Source: Pseudomonadota bacterium (GTDB taxonomy: Bacteria; Desulfobacterota; JAPLJL01). Taken from it: a DNA stretch of 64,000 nt. Under the pieces are notes generated by a model. That model did no database searches, had not been told where the DNA came from, and worked only from the letters and a program-made list of their open reading frames with translations. Each line of letters starts with the position of its first letter. The first letter of the stretch is position 1. The stretch is from assembly GCA_026388655.1 (NCBI GenBank), contig JAPLJI010000138.1:471-64470 (forward strand), read 5' to 3'. The translations under genes and the position numbers were made by a program. Positions 60,490-64,000 of this stretch are shown here, piece after piece.

Positions 60490-63400
60490 ATGATTCTTAG
60501 ATTCAAGGATCGCTTCAGACCCAAAGAGCGAGGCGGACCACCCGGGGCCGGGATTCCCGGGGACCGGGAATCCGGAGCGCCTGGAGGCGCGAAGAATCGC
60601 TCCCGGTTTTCCGGCCGGTTCGGGGCCGTGGCGATCTTTCTCTGCCTGGCCGCCTACGTTTTCCTCCCCTCCGACACCCCCGCCCAGGATCCCCTTACCC
60701 AGGCCGGCTTCGGCTATCTGCGCGGCCTGAAGGGGGAATACTTCGATAATTCCGACCCCCGGTTTGCCACGACGGTGGAGCCGGTCCGGGGTGCGACCGC
60801 CCCGAATCCCTGGTCGTATAATACTTCGGCTTGTACAAACGCTAATGATGATGACTGCGACGGGGCCGGTACCGGTGGCCCCGATTCTACCAGCTGTTGC
60901 TGTCCTCAGCATTTAAATGTGAACGCGGCCAGGCTTGAAGATGGTAAGGAGGCCCTCCTTTCAACCCTGCATACCGGGAATGCCATCCGGCTTAAGGACT
61001 TTCCGATGTCCCGCTATGGCGACCCTGAGATCACTGATGCTCTTGTCTGGGTTCGGTATATGTGTCGCCGGCAAAGCCCTGCTATTTGTGCCGCAGTAAC
61101 CACTGCCTTCACTGCTGATGATACCGATCCGGTTCAGTTTCGGATCCGCTTCCGGGGGCAGGATCAGTCAATGACCACTGCCGATATCACCGGTTGCCCC
61201 TCTGATTTCCAATGGATCTCGTTTTCTCTCTGCGGAAATACCTCCCCGGCCACCCCCTGGAAATGCGATCCTTCCGCCGGCGGAACCCCCCTGACCTGGA
61301 AAGAGTTGGGGGAAAAGGATAATCTCAGTGATGGGGAGCAGAATAATATCGGGATAACGATTGAGCTTTATGTCGTTGGCGATCAAGGCTCACGGGGATT
61401 AGACGATTGGCGCTGGATCCTCTGGGATGTGGGTTACATCGAGGTCATCTCCGACCCGATGTTACGGGGCTCGCGGGTGGATCCATTGGTTGATTTCGGG
61501 CCTGGATACACGGTGGACTGGCGGGGCGATGATAGCCCGGCCTACGAAGGGAGCGGAGGCCCGTCCGACATGCTTTTAAATCGAAGCGCCACCGTCAATG
61601 TCGCCAATATCTTGAGAACGGAGGGCGCCGTCGACTGCGGGGCGGACGCCGCCATCGACGGTGACGATGCTAATAATTTGACCACCGCTTACACCTGCGA
61701 CAACACTACTTCCTTAGCCGGGAACTGGTACATATATTGGGGCGCGGCCCAGTACATAAACAAGGTAAAAATTTATTGGAACACTCAAATCGGAAGCGCA
61801 GATGTGAGTGGCCCTCTTTCCCTGCAATATTCTCCCGATACGACGAACGGGACTGATGGTGCCTGGTATACCCTGAAAACAATTTACCGGGAAGCGATGG
61901 CTGGCGATGCCCGGGGGGAGCAGACCTACGCTTTTTCCACGGTCAGCGCCAAAGGATTCCGAATCCTTAAATCAACGACAGCCGGCGGGTTCAGCTTCTG
62001 GGAGTTTCACGCTTACGCCGAGGAGTATGACTATTTCGAGGCCCGCTGGATCGGGGAGGTGAAATTTGATTCTGCCGATACCAGGCGTTTGTGCACCGTA
62101 ACCGATGCCGGTTCCCGGCTGTTTATTAATGAAGATCTTAGATTTGATGCCTGGTCAACAATTCAGACCACCCCGACAAAAAATTTTGATCCCAACCCAC
62201 CGACGCTGACTGACGGCTGGCACCAGGTCCGGATGGAATATTACGACTGGACCGGGGGGGCGGCGGCCCGGCTGGGGTATTGTTCGGACGACCCTTGCAC
62301 CACCTGCACCCCCATTCCCACCGACCGCCTCCGGGCCTCGTGGGAGGGGCCGACCAATTTCAGTTTCCTGAGCGGCTGGTTCGCAAACTTTTGGCTCGAT
62401 TTAACCCCCACCAGCGTAAATCCGGAAGCCCCCAACGATGGAATCTGGAAAGGGTTTGAACACCAGCAGACAATTGACTTTAATTGGGCCGCGGGGGCAC
62501 CCTGCCCCTTAAAAAAACAGACGGATTTAACGAACATTACTGTGACCATCTTGAATGAGAATTTTGACTCCGCTGGTGATGACAACATTCCGGCCGGTTG
62601 GACCCGGACCCCGGATGGAGCCTGTAACGTTAATACATGGGGAAATGACTGTGGCAATTCCAGAGCCGGTACCCATAGTGGCTCTTGTGCGCAATGGTGC
62701 CGCGGCAAGTGCTACGATTCTGGCACCGGCCCTACACCTTTCGTAAATAATATGAACACTTATTTGATGTACGGCCCTTTTAATCTTTCTGACGCTACTG
62801 CTGCCTCTTATTCATTTTATGCTTATATTGACCAGCTCGATCTTAGTGGTGACGATTTTTATTATTATGCTTCCCTGGATGGCGCTACCTGGCACGGGCC
62901 TGCCAGTATCGACACTAACCCGAATTGGACCACCCAGTATACCATGGACCTGGCCAATGTCACTGGCTACGGAAGCATGCTGGGCCCCTCTGTCTGGATC
63001 GCCTTCAGGTTCACCTCTGATGGTGCGACCGCAACAGGTTTTGGCTCTTTTGTTGACGACGTTGTCATAACCAAAGTCGTGCCGACCCCAATCTCTACCT
63101 GGAACGCCCGCTACACCGGCTTCATCCGGGCCGAATGCGCCGGGACGCTTTCGGTCTGCCTGACCCAAGACGGCGGGGCCCGGCTCGATCTCGACGGCAA
63201 CGGTTCCTGGGAAATTGACACCTGGGCCGGCAAAACCGCGGTGGAAAGGAGATGCTACAACCGGACGGTAACCACCCCGGGGGAGATTTACACCGTCCTC
63301 GAATATTACGATCAAAACACCACCGACGCCACCCTGAAGCTCGAATGGATCCCAGTCTGCTCCGACATGACCTCGGCCCTGGATTTGAAAGTGGTGAATG

Positions 63401-64000
63401 ATTATTACTTAGATTATGCCAGCGATGTTACTAGGGCGCTTTATCACTTGAATGAAGGTCCATCCCAGACTCCTTGGTGTGTTGGGACGGCAGGCGTAAC
63501 TGTTTGTGATTCCGCCGGGGCCCAAGATAAAGGCACCATCACCGGCGCCCAGTGGACCCAGGAGGAAATCGGGGAGGTTCCCCTGATTGGAGCTGTTTCC
63601 GCCCCCAAGCTTTACTTTGACGGGGTGGGGGATTATATCGATGTTCCGGATTCAGTGGAACTTAGTATTACCGGCAGGATAACGATTGAGGCCTGGGTAA
63701 AGGCCGAGCCCTGCGGGAGCGGTTCTTACTATCCCTTTATCGTAAAGAAAGGGGACTGGATTGATGAGGAAAGATATGCCCTGGGGTACTGGTGTAACAA
63801 TGGATTATTCGCCGGGTTATATTTTGGCTACGATGATGGAGTTCAACCATCCAATACCTGCGAGAGGTTCTCTCTTACTACCTCGGCATTTAATATAACG
63901 GATGGGCAGTGGCACTATGTGGCGGTCACCTCCATACCGGGGGGGAATCAGCCGGTTAGATTCTATGTTGGTACGGGTTCGTCAATTGCTACCGATACCA
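60490..64000 (+). CDS. Second giant secreted protein (at least 1170 aa; continues beyond the window) with a discoidin (F5/8 type C)-like domain, two PA14 domains and a LamG/concanavalin-like domain
   Basis: The open frame from the ATG at 60490 to the window end was translated by hand. It is not in the ORF track because there is no in-window stop. Hydrophobic N-terminus. Discoidin-like region about 61690-62010 (NWYIYWGAAQYINKVKIYW ... GFRILKS). PA14-like regions about 62040-62290 and 63100-63350 (GEIYTVLEYYDQNTTDATLKLEW). LamG_3-like region about 63600-64000 (LYFDGVGDYIDVPDSVELSITGRITIEAWVK). Confidence 0.65.
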   Translation, partial: MILRFKDRFRPKERGGPPGAGIPGDRESGAPGGAKNRSRFSGRFGAVAIFLCLAAYVFLPSDTPAQDPLTQAGFGYLRGLKGEYFDNSDPRFATTVEPVRGATAPNPWSYNTSACTNANDDDCDGAGTGGPDSTSCCCPQHLNVNAARLEDGKEALLSTLHTGNAIRLKDFPMSRYGDPEITDALVWVRYMCRRQSPAICAAVTTAFTADDTDPVQFRIRFRGQDQSMTTADITGCPSDFQWISFSLCGNTSPATPWKCDPSAGGTPLTWKELGEKDNLSDGEQNNIGITIELYVVGDQGSRGLDDWRWILWDVGYIEVISDPMLRGSRVDPLVDFGPGYTVDWRGDDSPAYEGSGGPSDMLLNRSATVNVANILRTEGAVDCGADAAIDGDDANNLTTAYTCDNTTSLAGNWYIYWGAAQYINKVKIYWNTQIGSADVSGPLSLQYSPDTTNGTDGAWYTLKTIYREAMAGDARGEQTYAFSTVSAKGFRILKSTTAGGFSFWEFHAYAEEYDYFEARWIGEVKFDSADTRRLCTVTDAGSRLFINEDLRFDAWSTIQTTPTKNFDPNPPTLTDGWHQVRMEYYDWTGGAAARLGYCSDDPCTTCTPIPTDRLRASWEGPTNFSFLSGWFANFWLDLTPTSVNPEAPNDGIWKGFEHQQTIDFNWAAGAPCPLKKQTDLTNITVTILNENFDSAGDDNIPAGWTRTPDGACNVNTWGNDCGNSRAGTHSGSCAQWCRGKCYDSGTGPTPFVNNMNTYLMYGPFNLSDATAASYSFYAYIDQLDLSGDDFYYYASLDGATWHGPASIDTNPNWTTQYTMDLANVTGYGSMLGPSVWIAFRFTSDGATATGFGSFVDDVVITKVVPTPISTWNARYTGFIRAECAGTLSVCLTQDGGARLDLDGNGSWEIDTWAGKTAVERRCYNRTVTTPGEIYTVLEYYDQNTTDATLKLEWIPVCSDMTSALDLKVVNDYYLDYASDVTRALYHLNEGPSQTPWCVGTAGVTVCDSAGAQDKGTITGAQWTQEEIGEVPLIGAVSAPKLYFDGVGDYIDVPDSVELSITGRITIEAWVKAEPCGSGSYYPFIVKKGDWIDEERYALGYWCNNGLFAGLYFGYDDGVQPSNTCERFSLTTSAFNITDGQWHYVAVTSIPGGNQPVRFYVGTGSSIATDT

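Noticed and set aside
60450-60500. PEP-CTERM or GlyGly-CTERM sorting signal on the 1599-aa protein
   Set aside because: There is a C-terminal transmembrane helix plus basic tail (preceded by GGYGCG). There is no PEP motif and no exosortase or rhombosortase gene in the window. It was noted only as a membrane anchor.

Overview
About 60% G+C bacterial DNA dominated by one very large accessory gene battery (about 6.5-54.5 kb). It holds 17 intact and 3 decayed paralogs of B12-binding (class B) radical SAM enzymes, each with an N-terminal cobalamin-binding Rossmann-like domain and a CxxxCxxC iron-sulfur motif. Interleaved with them are five GT-C membrane glycosyltransferases of the PMT/ArnT type (GT39/83-like, DE loop motif, 'YGSFPIYW'), one GT2 polyprenyl-phosphate-sugar synthase-like gene and four class I SAM methyltransferases. 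Also in the battery are an Asp-nucleophile alpha/beta hydrolase, an HHxxxDG acyltransferase, a membrane-fused aminopropyltransferase-like protein and a flavodoxin/ferredoxin. Genes are packed in long co-directional runs with overlapping or near-zero spacers and no room for precursor peptides. I therefore read this as a serial tailoring system for a membrane-associated glycan or lipid, probably multiple C-methylations and glycosylations, rather than a RiPP cluster. A roughly 9 kb very AT-rich island (about 23.2-32.4 kb) sits inside the battery and carries the same gene types. Left of the battery is an ECF sigma / anti-sigma / secreted caspase-repeat protein operon and a 5'-partial TRAP-type binding protein. 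Right of it are two giant secreted proteins with PA14 / discoidin / LamG-like domains, one of 1599 aa and one of at least 1170 aa that runs off the window. Non-genic signals include a 340 bp MITE-like tandem and inverted repeat element (13.74-14.08 kb) and a duplicated, roughly 190 nt conserved noncoding element (17.2 and 43.2 kb). There is also a 222 bp near-identical gene-conversion tract between tandem GT-C paralogs, and a zone of radical SAM gene decay (49.5-52.7 kb). I saw no rRNA, tRNA, CRISPR array, transposase or integrase.
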